From Ferroglobus placidus DSM 10642 (GTDB lineage Archaea > Halobacteriota > Archaeoglobi > Archaeoglobales > Archaeoglobaceae): a stretch of DNA of 32,000 bases. Within the stretch, counting starts at the first letter, position 1. Each line of letters opens with the position of its first letter. The translations under genes and the position numbers were made by a program. The notes beneath the pieces are model-generated. The model was given only the letters and a program-made list of their open reading frames with translations. It did no database searches and was not told the DNA's origin. Shown here one piece after another: positions 30,041 to 32,000 of this stretch. The DNA is taken from NCBI RefSeq assembly GCF_000025505.1, contig NC_013849.1, positions 2,100,001-2,132,000 on the forward strand. The letters run 5' to 3'.

Positions 30041-31291
30041 ATGGGCAAAACCATTGCCGAGAAGATACTCAGCGAGAAAAGCGGCAAAGATGCTTATGCT
30101 GGAGACATAGTTATTGCGAAAGTTGATAGAATTGCTTTGCAAGACGGAACTGCCCCTTTAGCAATAAAACAAGTTGAGAAGCTCGGATTGGAAGTTAAAG
30201 CTGCAAAAATAACTCACTTTTTCGTCGACCACGCAGCTCCATCGCCGAGAAAGGAGCTTAGCAACGATCAGAAGCTAATTAAAGAGTTCGCCGAAAAGGT
30301 AGGGGCGGAATTCAACAAACCGGGAGAGGGAATAATTCATCAGCTTATGGTTGAAAGATACGTAAATCCCGGAGATTTGATTGTTGGTGCAGATTCTCAC
30401 ACTTGCACCTACGGAGCTCTTGGAGCTTTCGCCACCGGAATGGGATCGACGGACATTGCTATAGCGATGGCTCTGGGAAAGAACTGGTTCAGGGTTCCCG
30501 AGAGCTTTAAAATAGTAGTCGAGGGAGAATTCCAGAAAGGAGTTTTCGCCAAAGATTTGATACTCTGGATAATCGGAGAGCTTGGAGTTGACGGAGCAAC
30601 GTATAAAGCTCTGGAATTTCACGGAGAAACGATCGACAAGCTCGACATGGACTCGAGGCTGACAATTGCTAACATGGCCATAGAGTGCGGAGCTAAAGCT
30701 GGGCTTTTCAAGAGCGACGAGGTCACGAAGAAGTTTTTGATGGAGAGGGGGAGAGGAGATAAGTTCAGGGAGATAAAGCCGGATGAGGATGCGGAATACG
30801 AGAAGGAGATGTACTTCGACGTTTCGGATCTAACTCCGATTGTAGCTAAGCCTCATCAGGTTGATAACATAGCGAGAATCGACGAGGTGGAGGGAGTAAA
30901 GGTTGATCAGGTTTTCGTGGGAACGTGCACCAACGGAAGGCTTTCGGATTTGGAAGTGGTCGCGAGGATTCTTAAGGGTAGAAAAGTTCACAAAGATGTC
31001 CGACTTCTCGTAGGTCCGGCAAGCAGGGAAGTTTACATGAAAGCTCTTGAAAGGGGATACATTCAGGAGATAATCAAAGCTGGAGGAGTAATTTTACCTC
31101 CGGGCTGCGGACCTTGCGTTGGAATTCACTTGGGAATTCTCGCTGACGGGGAGGTTTGCCTCTCAACCCAAAACAGAAACTTCAAAGGAAGAATGGGGAA
31201 TCCGAACGCTGAAATTTATCTCTCCTCACCAGCCACGGCTGCAGCTTCGGCAATAGAGGGGAAAATAGCGGATCCGAGAAAGTACCTCTAA
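30041..31291 (+). CDS. aconitase-family dehydratase large subunit (3-isopropylmalate dehydratase / homoaconitase LeuC/HacA type)
   Basis: MGKTIAEKIL start, GADSHT, and the Fe-S ligand motifs GTCTNGR and PGCGPCVG. No small subunit gene is adjacent. Confidence 0.85.
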   Translation: MGKTIAEKILSEKSGKDAYAGDIVIAKVDRIALQDGTAPLAIKQVEKLGLEVKAAKITHFFVDHAAPSPRKELSNDQKLIKEFAEKVGAEFNKPGEGIIHQLMVERYVNPGDLIVGADSHTCTYGALGAFATGMGSTDIAIAMALGKNWFRVPESFKIVVEGEFQKGVFAKDLILWIIGELGVDGATYKALEFHGETIDKLDMDSRLTIANMAIECGAKAGLFKSDEVTKKFLMERGRGDKFREIKPDEDAEYEKEMYFDVSDLTPIVAKPHQVDNIARIDEVEGVKVDQVFVGTCTNGRLSDLEVVARILKGRKVHKDVRLLVGPASREVYMKALERGYIQEIIKAGGVILPPGCGPCVGIHLGILADGEVCLSTQNRNFKGRMGNPNAEIYLSSPATAAASAIEGKIADPRKYL

Positions 31292-31325
31292 ATTTTTATT
31301 CCGATTAGTAATAAGCTGCTCGAAA

Positions 31326-32000
31326 ATGGACGTGGCTGAGGAGATCAGGAGGCTCGAAGAGGAAATAAGGAGAACGCCCTACAATAAAGCGACGGAACAT
31401 CACATAGGCAGGCTTAAAGCTAAGCTTGCGAGGCTTAGAGAAGAGGCTGAGAAGCAGAGGAGAAAGAAGAGCGGAGAAGCTTACGCGATAAAAAAGGAGG
31501 GAGACGCTACGGTCGTTTTGGTCGGCTACCCTTCTGTTGGAAAGTCTACTCTCCTCAACGCTTTAACCGGAGCGAAGAGCGAAGTGGCTGATTACGCTTT
31601 CACCACTCTTAAGCCAACTCCCGGAATGCTCGAATACAAAGGAGCGAAGATTCAGATTATAGACGTTCCCGGAGTAATAGAGGGAGCATCTCAGGGAAGA
31701 GGAAGGGGAAGGGAAATTCTCTCGGCTATAAGAGTCGCGGATCTTATTGTCATCGTGGCTGACGTTTTCAACGTTCACACCATCGATCTCGTTAAAAAAG
31801 AGCTTTACAACGCAGGTTTCAGATTGAACGAGAAGAAGCCGGAGGTTTACATAAAGAAGACAGTCACGGGAGGAATAAACGTAAAGACGACGGTCAAGCT
31901 GTCTTTGAGCGAGGAAACTATAAAGTCTATACTCAGGGAGTACAAGATCCACAGCGGAGAGGTTTTGATCAGAGAAGACGTGACGATAGACAGGCTTATC
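31326..32000 (+). CDS. DRG-family (OBG-like) GTPase, 3'-truncated by the window end
   Basis: Not in the ORF track because it has no stop in the window. Hand translation gives MDVAEEIRRLEEEIRRTPYNKATEHHIGRLKAKLARL...GYPSVGKSTLLNALTG (G1)...DVPGVIEGAS (G3). It is open for 225 codons to the edge. Confidence 0.85.
   Translation, partial: MDVAEEIRRLEEEIRRTPYNKATEHHIGRLKAKLARLREEAEKQRRKKSGEAYAIKKEGDATVVLVGYPSVGKSTLLNALTGAKSEVADYAFTTLKPTPGMLEYKGAKIQIIDVPGVIEGASQGRGRGREILSAIRVADLIVIVADVFNVHTIDLVKKELYNAGFRLNEKKPEVYIKKTVTGGINVKTTVKLSLSEETIKSILREYKIHSGEVLIREDVTIDRLI

Noticed and set aside
31563-31952. 129-aa minus-strand ORF at the right end of the window
   Set aside because: It is antisense to an open 225-codon plus-strand frame encoding an unmistakable DRG GTPase (G1 GYPSVGKST, G3 DVPG). 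The track omitted the real gene only because it has no stop in the window.

Overview
This looks like an archaeal chromosomal segment. The evidence is a canonical archaeal C/D-box sRNA, a PGF-CTERM-type sorting signal, archaeal-type TrpRS, DRG GTPase, a NIP7-like PUA protein, ribose-1,5-bisphosphate isomerase, a CDP-alcohol phosphatidyltransferase, and Glu/Lys/Ile-rich proteins with a GC-rich-stem tRNA. Together these suggest a thermophilic euryarchaeon, perhaps Archaeoglobales-like, but the taxon cannot be verified here. The window is densely coding, with about 40 genes, many preceded by GGTG/GGAGG Shine-Dalgarno-like motifs and linked by ATGA-type overlaps.

Gene content, left to right:
- Thiolase.
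- An AsnB-like PP-loop ATPase coupled to a YkgJ Cys-cluster protein.
- MBL hydrolase, membrane proteins and a NIP7-like protein.
- A tight four-gene DsrE/TusA/SQR-like flavoprotein/DUF1641 sulfur-relay operon.
- tRNA-Ile(GAU).
- A ~2.5 kb AT-rich accessory islet full of toxin-antitoxin modules and decayed genes. It holds an RHH remnant, a wHTH-antitoxin-RelE operon, a frameshifted IS6 transposase and a VapB/PIN pair with a premature TAG.
- An unannotated C/D-box sRNA.
- A minus-strand catabolic module: HTH_10 regulator, small membrane protein, SSS symporter, two family-III CoA-transferases and an acyl-CoA dehydrogenase.
- DMT transporter, methyltransferase and TrpRS.
- Ribose-1,5-bisphosphate isomerase overlapped by a ROK kinase.
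- A 993-aa secreted beta-helix surface protein with four novel Cys-containing tandem modules and a PGF-CTERM tail.
- AMMECR1 and TrmO.
- A RecJ-like DHH nuclease with DnaJ-type zinc fingers, S1 and OB domains.
- HTH regulator, CDP-alcohol phosphatidyltransferase, a Zn-finger protein, LeuC/HacA and a partial DRG GTPase.

I found no CRISPR array, rRNA or recognisable defence island. The most interesting items are the C/D sRNA, the surface-protein repeat module, the cai/bbs-like CoA-transferase module with a stop-interrupted transporter subunit, the decayed tripartite TA locus, and the ROK-R15P isomerase coupling. All family calls rest on motif recognition by eye. No database search was run.
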